A stretch of 64,000 nucleotides of DNA from Chitinophaga pinensis (GTDB lineage: Bacteria; Pseudomonadota; Gammaproteobacteria; Xanthomonadales; Xanthomonadaceae), in contig CALRWS020000012.1 of the NCBI GenBank assembly GCA_943371935.1, forward strand, positions 40,464 through 104,463. The letters are read 5' to 3'. A program made the position numbers and the translations under genes. A model generated the notes under the pieces. It was given only the letters and a program-made list of their open reading frames with translations, searched no databases and was not told the origin of the DNA. Shown one piece after another: positions 48,016 through 57,110 of this stretch; the stretch's first letter is position 1, and every line of letters starts with the position of its first letter.

Positions 48016-48899
48016 CCATGCGGATCGCCGCGTTTTTCGACGATCGTTACGCGCCCGCCGAAGAGCCCCTGTTCGCGCGGCTGGGCACCACGGCATCGAA
48101 GCTGGAGCGTCTCGGGCTGGTGGAGCTCAGGGCGCCCGCGGCATTGCCGATGCCGCTGCTGCGCGGCCTGCACGACGACGCTTATCTGGACGCGTTCCTG
48201 AGCGGTGAAGACCCCATGGCCTCGCGCCAGGGCATCCGCTGGTCGCCACGCGTCCGCGATGCGACGCTGGCGATGCTGGGCGGCCAACTGGATGCCGCCG
48301 AAGAAGCGCTGCGCACCGGCATCGCGATGAACATCGCCCGCGGCTTCCACCATGCCGTGCATGCGTCCGGCAGCGGATTCTGTCCTTTGAACGGGCTCGC
48401 GCTGCTCGCGCACGCCTGGCCGCAGCGCAGGGTGATGGTGATCGACTGCGACGAGCACGGCGGCAACGGTACCGAGGAATTCGCCGCGCGCCTGCCCAAT
48501 CTCTACAACGTCTCGGTGTTCGGCACGCGCTTCGGATGCCGCGGCGGGACGCGCTCGTGGGCCTTCATGGTGCGGGCGCGCAGCGACGGCTTCGAACGTT
48601 ACCTTGAAGCGCTGCGCGAAGCGGAAACGCTCGTCGATACGCATCGCCCGGATCTGCTGGTGTATCAGGCGGGTGCGGATTGCCACGAGGACGACCCGAA
48701 AAGTCTCACCGGGCTGACCACGGCGCAGTTGTTCGAACGCGATGTCGCGGTGTTCCGGATCGCGCGCCAGCGCGGCATTCCGATCCTGTTCGTGGTCGCA
48801 GGCGGCTACCAGGGCGCAGACCGCGTCGCCCGTCTCAATGCCAATACGGTGCGTGCCGCGCGCTGGGTGTGGCGGCAGCATTCCGCGGACCATACTTGA
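48012..48899 (+). CDS. Histone-deacetylase-family Zn amidohydrolase
   Basis: GFHHA, SGFC, IDCDEHGGNGT, YQAGADCHEDDP, GGY. Confidence 0.9.
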   Translation: MTMRIAAFFDDRYAPAEEPLFARLGTTASKLERLGLVELRAPAALPMPLLRGLHDDAYLDAFLSGEDPMASRQGIRWSPRVRDATLAMLGGQLDAAEEALRTGIAMNIARGFHHAVHASGSGFCPLNGLALLAHAWPQRRVMVIDCDEHGGNGTEEFAARLPNLYNVSVFGTRFGCRGGTRSWAFMVRARSDGFERYLEALREAETLVDTHRPDLLVYQAGADCHEDDPKSLTGLTTAQLFERDVAVFRIARQRGIPILFVVAGGYQGADRVARLNANTVRAARWVWRQHSADHT

Positions 48900-48989
48900 C
48901 GCCTCGCCGGCATCGGCCCGGCAGCGTCGGTTCGGTACGATCGTGGCGTCCACGACGTGAACGTCCCGGCACCAACACGGAAAAGACAC

Positions 48990-49778
48990 ATGCACAGCGC
49001 TCCCACGCAGACACTGCCGGTGCTGTTCCTCGGCCACGGTTCGCCCATGAACGCGATCGAAGACAACGTCTGGTCTCGCGCATGGCGCGCGCTGGGCGCG
49101 CGCCTGCCGCGGCCGCGCGCGATCCTGTGCGTGTCGGCGCACTGGGAAACGCAGGGACCGTGGGTCACGGGCAACGCCGCGCCATCGACCATCCACGATT
49201 TCGGTGGCTTCCCGCGCGCGCTGTTCGATGCGCAATATCCCGCGCCCGGCGATCCGGCGCTCGCGCAGCGCGTGGTCGATCTGCTGGGCGACGCCCAGGC
49301 GCGCATCCATCCCGAACGCGGCCTGGATCACGGCGCCTGGGGCGTGCTGAAACCGATGTATCCCGATGCCGACATCCCCGTGGTGCAGCTCGGCATCGAT
49401 TCGCGGCGGCCCGGTGCGTGGCACGTCGCGCTGGCCCAGCGCCTCGCACCGCTGCGCGACGAAGGCGTGCTGGTGGTGGCGAGCGGCGACATCGTCCATA
49501 ACCTGCGTCTGTTCGATTTCCGCGATGCCGCGCCGCTGCCGTGGGCATCGCGCTTCCGCGATCGCGTCAACGCGTTGATCGTGGAAGGCAACCTCATGGC
49601 GCTGGCCGATTGGCCGGCGCTGGGCGATGATGCCGCGCTGTCGATCCCCACCCCCGAACACTATCTGCCGCTGCTGTACGCACTGGCGCTGGCGCGCGAC
49701 GGCGACGCAGTGCAGTTCTTCAACGACGATGTGATCGGCTCGCTGTCGATGACGTCACTCATCCTCGGTACCGCATGA
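48990..49778 (+). CDS. ygiD: 4,5-DOPA extradiol dioxygenase (YgiD/LigB family)
   Basis: LFLGHGSPMNA, SAHW, TIHDFGGFP, RGLDHGAW, SGDIVHNL, PTPEHYLPL. Confidence 0.93.
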   Translation: MHSAPTQTLPVLFLGHGSPMNAIEDNVWSRAWRALGARLPRPRAILCVSAHWETQGPWVTGNAAPSTIHDFGGFPRALFDAQYPAPGDPALAQRVVDLLGDAQARIHPERGLDHGAWGVLKPMYPDADIPVVQLGIDSRRPGAWHVALAQRLAPLRDEGVLVVASGDIVHNLRLFDFRDAAPLPWASRFRDRVNALIVEGNLMALADWPALGDDAALSIPTPEHYLPLLYALALARDGDAVQFFNDDVIGSLSMTSLILGTA

Positions 49779-50374
49779 ACGCTCCCGACAAGACCTACGA
49801 CCGCGGCTATTTCGACCGTTGGTATCGCGATGCCGGCATCGGCGGACACCAGCGCCTGCAGCGCAAGGTCGCGCTGGCGGTCGCGAACGCCGAGTACCAT
49901 CTCGAACGCCCGATCCGCAGCGTGCTGGACATCGGCTGCGGCGAAGGCGTGTGGCGCGCGCCGCTGCTGAAACTGCGGCCGAAACTGCGCTATCTCGGCT
50001 TCGACAGCAGCGAATACGCGATCCGCCGCTACGGCCCACGCCGCAATCTGCATTTCGCGCGCTTCGGCGATTTCGAGATGCTGCGCCCCTGCCCGCCGGT
50101 GGATCTGCTGATCTGCAGCGATGTGCTGCATTACCTGCCGACCCGCGAACTCGACCGCGGCCTGCCCGGTCTGGCCGAGCTGTGCGGCGGCGTGGCCTTC
50201 CTCGAACTGTTCACGTCGGCGGACGAGACCGAAGGCGACGATGTCGGCTTCGTCGGCCGTCCGCCGAAGTTCTATCGCGGTCGCTTCGAAGCGGCCGGAT
50301 TCCGTTTCGCCGGTGCGCACTGCTGGCTGTCGCCGGCATTGGCCGGGGACGCGGCCGCGCTGGAAATCGCATGA
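49775..50374 (+). CDS. Class I SAM-dependent methyltransferase
   Basis: VLDIGCGEG, LGFDSS, DLLICSDVLHY; ATGA overlap with the dioxygenase. Confidence 0.88.
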   Translation: MNAPDKTYDRGYFDRWYRDAGIGGHQRLQRKVALAVANAEYHLERPIRSVLDIGCGEGVWRAPLLKLRPKLRYLGFDSSEYAIRRYGPRRNLHFARFGDFEMLRPCPPVDLLICSDVLHYLPTRELDRGLPGLAELCGGVAFLELFTSADETEGDDVGFVGRPPKFYRGRFEAAGFRFAGAHCWLSPALAGDAAALEIA

Positions 50375-50380
50375 TCCTGT

Positions 50381-50447
50381 TGTAGAGCGGACTTCAGTCC
50401 GCTGCCTTTGACCGAAGCCGATGCAGCGGACTGAAGTCCGCTCTACA
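50381..50447. repeat. GTAG-family REP doublet (variant)
   Basis: TGTAGAGCGGACTTCAGTCCGCTGC ... GCAGCGGACTGAAGTCCGCTCTACA; followed by duplicated tctacaaaa. Confidence 0.9.
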
Positions 50448-50467
50448 AAATCTACAAAATGCCCGAC

Positions 50468-50815
50468 TCAGCGCTTCGGCTTCTTCGCCGCATCGCGCAG
50501 CGCCGCATCCAGCGCCAATCGCGCCCATGGCCGCATCGCTTCGGGCGAATCCATCGCCTCTTCCGGTGGCGTCCAATAGCGCATCGTGATCGGCTTGCCC
50601 TTGCCGTCGTAGACGAAGGGATGACCGCCCGCATCGGCGAAGGCCTGACGGCTGACCTCATCGGTCTTCAGATACAGGGCGCCACCCACTTCCAGACCGA
50701 CGATCAGGCCGTCGGCGTACAGCCCGGCGCCGCCGAACATGCGTCGGGCGGCGATCCGGCCCAGCGGCGCGAGCAATTCGCAGAACCAGGCGATGTCTTC
50801 GTCTCGTGAACTCAT
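50468..50815 (-). CDS. TfoX/Sxy N-terminal domain protein
   Basis: RRMFGGAGLY, LYLK, PFVY, MRYW..PEE, WARLA. Confidence 0.9.
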   Translation of the reverse strand: MSSRDEDIAWFCELLAPLGRIAARRMFGGAGLYADGLIVGLEVGGALYLKTDEVSRQAFADAGGHPFVYDGKGKPITMRYWTPPEEAMDSPEAMRPWARLALDAALRDAAKKPKR

Positions 50816-50924
50816 GCGACCAGCCTACCGCAGCGGCAGGAATGCGGCAGCCGTCTCACCCGACAATGGGGGATCGGGTATGCTGCGTCGCAGCATTACA
50901 CGTGGTCACAACAGGGGTTTGCCG

Positions 50925-52211
50925 ATGTTGTTCTATCAGATGCACGAACTGGGCCGCGCCTGGATGGCGCCGATGACGTATTGGGCGGAAGCCAACGCAC
51001 GGATGTTTTCCGCGCCCGGCAGTTGGCTGTCCAGCCTGCCGCACGCGCAGCGCGCCGCCGCCGGCTACGAACTGCTGTATCGCATCGGCAAGGATTACGA
51101 AAAGCCGAAGTTCGGCATCCACAGCGTCACCAGCAGCGGCCGCGACGGATCCGACATCACCTATCCGGTGGTGGAGCGCGAAGTGCTGCGCACGCCGTTC
51201 TGCCGCCTGCTGCGTTTCAAGCGTTTCTCGGACGAAGCCGACGGCATCGTCGACCTGAAGGACGACCCGCCGGTGCTGGTGGTGGCGCCGCTGTCCGGCC
51301 ATCACTCCACCCTGCTGCGCGACACCGTGAAAACCCTGCTGCGCGACCACAAGGTGTACATCACCGACTGGGTCGACGCGCGCATGGTGCCCAAGGACGC
51401 GGGCGCGTTCACGCTCGACGATTATGTCGCCACCATCCAGCAGTTCATCCGCCATATCGGCGCCGAAAGCCTGCACGTCATCAGTGTCTGCCAGCCGACG
51501 GTGCCGGTGCTGGCCGCGGTCTCGCTGATGGCCGCGCGCGGCGAAACCACGCCGCGTTCGCTGGTGATGATGGGCGGGCCGATCGACACCCGCGAATCAC
51601 CGACCGCCGTCAACAACCTCGCCACCGAAAAACCGATCGCCTGGTTCGAACAGAACCTCATCCACATCGTGCCCGCGAACTATCCGGGCGGCGGGCGGCG
51701 GGTGTATCCGGGCTTCCTGCAGCACATGGGTTTCCTGGCAATGAATCCCGAGCGCCACGTGATGTCGCACTGGGATTTCTATCAGGACCTGCTCAAGGGC
51801 GATCTCGACGATGCCGACGCGCATCGGCGTTTCTACGACGAGTACAACGCCGTGCTGGACATGCCCGCCGAGTATTACCTCGACACCGTGCGCACCGTAT
51901 TCCAGGAACACCTGCTGCCGCGCGGCCTGTGGGACGTCGCCGGCGAGCGCGTGACGCCTTCGGCGATCCGCAACACCGCGCTGATGACCATCGAGGGCGA
52001 ACTCGACGATATCTCGGGCCTCGGCCAGACCCGCGCCGCGCACAAGCTGTGCACGGGCATTCCGGAATCCCATCGCATGCACCTCACCGCGCAGGGCGCC
52101 GGGCACTACGGGATCTTCAGCGGCAGACGCTGGCGCGACCAAGTGTATCCGCAGGTGCGCGATTTCATCGCCGGGCACGTGAAGGCTCCCGGTCGGGACG
52201 CCCCCCCCTGA
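50925..52211 (+). CDS. phaZ: Intracellular polyhydroxyalkanoate depolymerase
   Basis: VAPLSGHHSTLLR, ITDW, SVCQP (catalytic Cys), EGELDDI, GHYGIFSG. Confidence 0.93.
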   Translation: MLFYQMHELGRAWMAPMTYWAEANARMFSAPGSWLSSLPHAQRAAAGYELLYRIGKDYEKPKFGIHSVTSSGRDGSDITYPVVEREVLRTPFCRLLRFKRFSDEADGIVDLKDDPPVLVVAPLSGHHSTLLRDTVKTLLRDHKVYITDWVDARMVPKDAGAFTLDDYVATIQQFIRHIGAESLHVISVCQPTVPVLAAVSLMAARGETTPRSLVMMGGPIDTRESPTAVNNLATEKPIAWFEQNLIHIVPANYPGGGRRVYPGFLQHMGFLAMNPERHVMSHWDFYQDLLKGDLDDADAHRRFYDEYNAVLDMPAEYYLDTVRTVFQEHLLPRGLWDVAGERVTPSAIRNTALMTIEGELDDISGLGQTRAAHKLCTGIPESHRMHLTAQGAGHYGIFSGRRWRDQVYPQVRDFIAGHVKAPGRDAPP

Positions 52212-52350
52212 CGCTCGGTTGCCCCGCTCCGGATAGGTGTAGTAAAAGGAATGCGATGCACTTGGCACTATCGGGCCGGTGCTCCGCTTGGCCGCATTTT
52301 CCTCCGCCGCGGGCATTACCTGAGCGTGCAACCCACACGGAATTCTGACG

Positions 52351-53031
52351 ATGTTCCGATCTACGTTCGCCATTTCCGCATACGTCCACCTCTTGAGCAT
52401 TTTCCTGCTGTCCACCTCTTGGATGACGATCCCCACCATGAACGACCAGACCGAAACCCCACAGACCGGACCGGCGCCGGATCCTTTGGCGGCCATCTCC
52501 GTGGCCGAGATGCCGGAATTAGAAGTTCGCGCCAACGCATCCCCCCGCAAGCAATACGCGATCGTGATCGCGTTCGATGGTCTGCCTGGCCCGATCATCG
52601 ATGTGCAGGCTATCGCCGATTACGCCGTCGACAATGTCGAATGCGTACCGCCGTTGTTGTTGTCCGGTGCGCGCCTTCGCCCAGAACACACCCTGAAGCT
52701 GGATCTGCAGTCGATCGATACCAACCGCTATGGCTTGCACCTCCATGCGGACGCATTGCGGGACGAGGATTATTTCGGCATGGGCGTATGCCGTTGGTCG
52801 ATGCATTGGGCGACAGTGCGTTTCCGCTCCGCAACCACCGAGTTCGTTGCCGCCATCGCGATCAACCGGATCGAGTCCGGCACACCGGTCGTACTGCACT
52901 ACCTGGTCAGCGACTACGACCGGTCACAGGAACCTTCGAACATCATTTTTGGCGAAGAAATCGATCTGTTCACGGCGGAAGCCGGTCCGCGATTCACCGT
53001 CACCCTGACCCCCAGTGAGGCGTCCGAATGA
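52351..53031 (+). CDS. Probable cognate immunity protein (X-Tfi type) for the downstream lipase effector
   Basis: Hydrophobic N-terminus; ADY.V.NVECVPP and DEDYFGMGVCRW Cys pair; ATGA-coupled upstream of an XVIPCD toxin; start may be 52438. Confidence 0.7.
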   Translation: MFRSTFAISAYVHLLSIFLLSTSWMTIPTMNDQTETPQTGPAPDPLAAISVAEMPELEVRANASPRKQYAIVIAFDGLPGPIIDVQAIADYAVDNVECVPPLLLSGARLRPEHTLKLDLQSIDTNRYGLHLHADALRDEDYFGMGVCRWSMHWATVRFRSATTEFVAAIAINRIESGTPVVLHYLVSDYDRSQEPSNIIFGEEIDLFTAEAGPRFTVTLTPSEASE

Positions 53032-54392
53032 GCAGAATGACCGAAAAGAATTACGCCGAGCTGGCCGAAGATGCTTACCAGAATCGCCGCGAAGGCGCGA
53101 CGCTGACCCTGGGCGATAACCAGTACAAGATCCTCAAACACGTCAGCAACGACCAGAACGGCTACGCCGGCACGATCTATCAGGATGTCAGCAGCCGTCA
53201 GATCATCGTGGCCCACCGCGGCACGAACGATGCGAAGGATGCGTTCACCGACGTGCAGATGGTGACCCACCGCATCAACAACCAGGGTCCGGATGCGTTG
53301 CGCCTGGCCGATGCGGCGAACCAGTTTGCCGAACGCGAGCGGCAGCAGACCGGCAGTCGCCCCGAAGTGACCACTACCGGCCATTCGCTCGGCGGCTCGC
53401 TGGCCGAATACACCGCTTTTCACAAAGACATCGGTGGTCGTTCGTTCAACGGCTACGGCGCGGCCGAAATCACGCCGGGGATGCGCGAAGGTCAGAACGC
53501 CGATGATTTCAAGGCTTACTATCGCATGACCGATCCGGTCGGTACCGGCGGGCGCCACTACGGCGAGTCGATACCGCTCGCGACTCCGAAGGATGTCGAA
53601 GTGTTGAGCCGTTACGGGGATTACAACAACAATCGCGGTGGTATCGATGTCCGCGAACCGTTCACCCCGGCCGCCGTTTTCGGACTGTCCGCGCACAGCA
53701 TGGGCGCTTTCATCCGCACCGAAGGCGGCAACCCACCGACCCTGACCCAGGAAGGTCGCGAACTGGCCAGACAGTACGACCCGATGGCCGACAAATATCG
53801 CGACGATGTGCGTTTCGTGCGCGAAACGCTGGGCGTCGTCGGCAAAGGCATGGCGGATGCGTACCACACATCGCGGGAGTTCGCGAACGAATTCAAGGAC
53901 AGTATCGGCCGCGGATTGAACTCTGTGGGCGACACCTACGACAAAATGAAGGACTCTTTCATGGATGGCGTGCGCGATGTGCGCGACCGCCTCAACAACA
54001 TGAATCCTTTCCGCAGCAGCAGCATCGACAGCGGTTCGGACATGCAGCAGTACGCGTCCAATCCCGCCGTTCAACAGACGCTGCAGGCGTTCAACCGCAG
54101 CGGCGTCGATGGCGACAAGGTCGATCCCAAAATCGTGGTTGCATTGGCCGGTGCCGCCAACGAGAAGGGGTTGAACATCAATTACGCTGCGCTGTCCCAG
54201 AACGGCGATACGGCATTCGGCATCCAGGGTCGCAGCCCGGACGACCCCTCCGCGAAAATGGTCAACGTCAACGTGCGTGCGGCGCAGGAACAAACGCTCG
54301 ATACCGGCCTGCAACGGCTGGCGCAGACCCCAAACGCGCCTGCCAGTCAGGAATTCGAACAACCCCAGCGCAAGGGTCCGATGATGGCGTGA
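53028..54392 (+). CDS. Lipase-class T4SS effector with C-terminal XVIPCD
   Basis: AHRGT, GHSLGG nucleophile, TDPV, AHSM; C-terminal ALSQNGDTAFGIQG..DDP...QEQTL...Gln/Pro tail GPMMA matches the VirD4-interacting domain pattern. Confidence 0.8.
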   Translation: MSRMTEKNYAELAEDAYQNRREGATLTLGDNQYKILKHVSNDQNGYAGTIYQDVSSRQIIVAHRGTNDAKDAFTDVQMVTHRINNQGPDALRLADAANQFAERERQQTGSRPEVTTTGHSLGGSLAEYTAFHKDIGGRSFNGYGAAEITPGMREGQNADDFKAYYRMTDPVGTGGRHYGESIPLATPKDVEVLSRYGDYNNNRGGIDVREPFTPAAVFGLSAHSMGAFIRTEGGNPPTLTQEGRELARQYDPMADKYRDDVRFVRETLGVVGKGMADAYHTSREFANEFKDSIGRGLNSVGDTYDKMKDSFMDGVRDVRDRLNNMNPFRSSSIDSGSDMQQYASNPAVQQTLQAFNRSGVDGDKVDPKIVVALAGAANEKGLNINYAALSQNGDTAFGIQGRSPDDPSAKMVNVNVRAAQEQTLDTGLQRLAQTPNAPASQEFEQPQRKGPMMA

Positions 54393-54428
54393 TCGCCAGC
54401 GGATCCTGAAATCCGATCAGCGCCCTGA

Positions 54429-54460
54429 TGCCAGTCAGCCAGGCTGACTGGCATTTTTTT
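54429..54460 (+). terminator. Intrinsic terminator after the effector
   Basis: tgccagtcagcc-a-ggctgactggca followed by a T-run. Confidence 0.8.
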
Positions 54461-54507
54461 GTGAACTCTCCCTACGCAGCGTCCCGGAATCGCACGGCGT
54501 CAGGATC

Positions 54508-55470
54508 TCAAGCGTACTGCGAGGTCTTCACCAGCAGATGCTTGGCGAACTGGCCGTGCAGATAGCCGATGCCGCGCGCCAGATGCAGGGTCACGAACAG
54601 CAGCAGCACCCCGAACACCAGCGCCAGCGGCAGCCCCAGATAGCCCAGAGAACTGCCGAACACGCCGTTCTCGACGCCGAGCAGCATCCAGCCGTCGTAA
54701 TTCTGGTTCACCACCGCATACCCGGTCAGGACCATGACCGGCGCGGCGATCAGGCTCAAGGACGTGCTCAGCAGGGTGATCGTGATCGTGAAATAGAGGA
54801 TCCCCAGCGGCAGCATCAGCAGCATGTAGAGCAGCGTCGTCCAGGTGCGCGGGTCGGCGAACATCTCGCCGATGCGCGTCATCCACGGTTTGCCGCGGCT
54901 GCTGTACAGCGGCCGGCGCGGCATGCGTTCGCCCAGCATCACTTCGACGATGCGGCCTTCCAGCAGCGAGAACATCCGCACCGAGCCCAGGAACAGGATC
55001 GCGAACGGGATGCCGATGATCAGGATCGCCAGCCCCACCGACAGCGACAGCCCGGTGACCACCCACGTGAAATAGAAGATGCCGGTGGCCAGCGACAGCA
55101 GCATGTAGAACAACGCCGCGTAGGTGCGCGGTTCTGCGATCACGCCGAAGAAGCGCCCGAACACCGAGCGGTGCGGACGCGACGGCGGGGTGCGCAGCGC
55201 GGCCTGCACTTTGACTTCGGTGTCGCGGTAGATGTCGGCGACCTCGTCGGGCGCGCCGTAGCTCGACGCCACCTGCGCGATCACCTGCGCTTCGCTCATG
55301 CTGGGGTTTTCGGCCATTTCCGAGCGCAGATACTCCTCGGCGTCGTACAGCGCGTCCTGGATCAACGCCGGATCGGCGCCGGCCAGCGAACGCCGCAGGT
55401 GTTCGAGGTAATCGGGAATGTTGGTCGGCAGCGACGGCTGCGCGGCGGCGGACTGCGCGGTGGTATTCAT
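54508..55470 (-). CDS. HAAS + putative sensor domain membrane protein
   Basis: N-terminal YLEHLRRSL..DALYDAEEYL...YGAPDEVA, then a multi-TM sensor-like region; 4-nt overlap with PadR. Confidence 0.8.
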   Translation of the reverse strand: MNTTAQSAAAQPSLPTNIPDYLEHLRRSLAGADPALIQDALYDAEEYLRSEMAENPSMSEAQVIAQVASSYGAPDEVADIYRDTEVKVQAALRTPPSRPHRSVFGRFFGVIAEPRTYAALFYMLLSLATGIFYFTWVVTGLSLSVGLAILIIGIPFAILFLGSVRMFSLLEGRIVEVMLGERMPRRPLYSSRGKPWMTRIGEMFADPRTWTTLLYMLLMLPLGILYFTITITLLSTSLSLIAAPVMVLTGYAVVNQNYDGWMLLGVENGVFGSSLGYLGLPLALVFGVLLLFVTLHLARGIGYLHGQFAKHLLVKTSQYA

Positions 55471-55853
55471 GGCTGGCTCCCCTTGAGGACGGAATCGACG
55501 GAATCCCGGGTGGCGCCCCAGGCGGAGGTCCATGCCTCCAGCACCGTGCGGCCATGCGGGGTGATGTTGTAGTAGCGGCGCGGCGGACCGCTGATGGACG
55601 GTTCCACCTGGCTTTCCAGCAGCCCCGCGCCTTCGAGATTGCGCAGCACCGGGTACAGCGCGCTCTGCTTGCCGCTCAGCACGCCATCGCCCTGTCGTTC
55701 CAGGGTCTTGGCGATCTGGTAGCCGTACATCGGCTCCGCGGCAGCGCCCAATACCGCCAGCAGCGCCAGCGAGACGGTGCCGGCCGAGAGTTCCTTCTGG
55801 AACTTCCGCAGCAGCGCCTCGGTGGCTTCGTCGCTGATCTGTGCCGTGCTCAT
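55467..55853 (-). CDS. PadR-family transcriptional regulator
   Basis: MYGYQI, ALYPVLRNLE..GLL, GPPRRYYNIT..G. Confidence 0.93.
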   Translation of the reverse strand: MSTAQISDEATEALLRKFQKELSAGTVSLALLAVLGAAAEPMYGYQIAKTLERQGDGVLSGKQSALYPVLRNLEGAGLLESQVEPSISGPPRRYYNITPHGRTVLEAWTSAWGATRDSVDSVLKGSQP

Positions 55854-55955
55854 CCCGGTGTCCCCCATGAGGTCGCCTGCGGCGATCTGCTGGATATCGT
55901 GGAGATCACTCTATGCATAACTTGATCATAGTGGACGTGCCAGAGGTCACGGCGG

Positions 55956-55991
55956 GATCGTCGCCCCGATCGTCGCCCCGATCGTCTCCCC
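55956..55991. repeat. Tandem 12-bp repeat x3 in the divergent promoter region
   Basis: gatcgtcgcccc gatcgtcgcccc gatcgtctcccc. Confidence 0.85.
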
Positions 55992-56073
55992 AACCGGCGC
56001 GTCCCCGGCGGAAAGAACGGGTGGCCGCAGGCCGGCTTCTCGGCCAAAATCGGCGCCAGTCGAAAGGAGAGTC

Positions 56074-57033
56074 TTGATCGTGAATCTGTTCCGTACCCCA
56101 TTGGCCGTCGCCCTGCTGGCCGCCGCCCTCGCCGCCTCCGCACAGAACCCGCCCGCCGCAGACAAGCCCAGCTCGATGCAGGAGCTTCTGGAGGCATCGA
56201 AGCCCGGCGACTGGCGCAACCTCGACCCTGCGCGCACGCTGTACGTGGATCTCGCCAGCGGCCGGGTGGTGATCGAACTGGCGCCCGAGTTCGCACCGGC
56301 CCACGTCGCCAACATCCGCGCGATGGCCAAGGCCGGCTACTGGAACGGGCTGAGCATCAACCGGTCGCAGGACAACTTCGTCGTGCAGTGGGGCGATCCG
56401 GCCACGGACGACAGCGCGCGCAAGCCGCTGCCGAAAACCGCGAAAGCGAAGCTGCCGGCGGAATTCACCCGCAGCAGCAAGAACATCCCGTTCACGCCGC
56501 TGCCCGATGTCGACGGCTGGGCGCGGCAGGTCGGTTTCAGCGACGGCTTCCCGATCGGCCTGGACACCACCGACAGCACCGCCTGGCTGGCCCACTGCTA
56601 CGGCATGGTCGGCGCCGGCCGCGACACTCCGGCCGACTCCAGCACCGGCGCCGAACTGTACGTGGTGACCGGCCAGTCGCCGCGCCAGCTCGACCGCAAT
56701 ATCACCAGCGTCGGCCGCGTCGTGCAGGGCATGGAACTGCTGAGCGTGCTGCCCCGCGGCACCGGGCCGCTGGGTTTCTACGAGACGCCCGAGCAGCGGG
56801 TCGCGATCCAGTCGATCCGCCTCGCCGCCGACCTCAAGCCCGCCGAGCGCCTGAAACTGCAGGTGCTGCGCACCGACACCGCGTTATTCACCTCGCTGGT
56901 GGAAGCCCGTCGCAACCGTCGCGACGATTTCTACAAGCGCCCCGCCGGCCACATCGATCTTTGCAACGTGCCGCTGCCGGTGCGGACGGCGCCGGAACCT
57001 GCGACCAAACCGGCCGCCAAGCCGAAGCGCTGA
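56074..57033 (+). CDS. Exported cyclophilin-type peptidyl-prolyl isomerase
   Basis: Signal peptide, [39 protein letters not shown]. Confidence 0.88.
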   Translation: MIVNLFRTPLAVALLAAALAASAQNPPAADKPSSMQELLEASKPGDWRNLDPARTLYVDLASGRVVIELAPEFAPAHVANIRAMAKAGYWNGLSINRSQDNFVVQWGDPATDDSARKPLPKTAKAKLPAEFTRSSKNIPFTPLPDVDGWARQVGFSDGFPIGLDTTDSTAWLAHCYGMVGAGRDTPADSSTGAELYVVTGQSPRQLDRNITSVGRVVQGMELLSVLPRGTGPLGFYETPEQRVAIQSIRLAADLKPAERLKLQVLRTDTALFTSLVEARRNRRDDFYKRPAGHIDLCNVPLPVRTAPEPATKPAAKPKR

Positions 57034-57110
57034 GCCCCTACGACCAATCGCCAATCGCGAAGCGCATGACGGCGACCTAGGATGGTGGCGATCTTCCGCC
57101 GGTCCATCGC

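Noticed and set aside
52262-52280. Sigma54-like TGGCAC upstream of the immunity gene
   Set aside because: No GC at the required 10-nt spacing
52192-54505. Terminal inverted or direct repeats flanking the effector cassette (gggacgc/gcgtccc, ctgacgc/gcgtcag)
   Set aside because: Only 7-bp matches in the wrong order for an inverted repeat; no transposase or integrase
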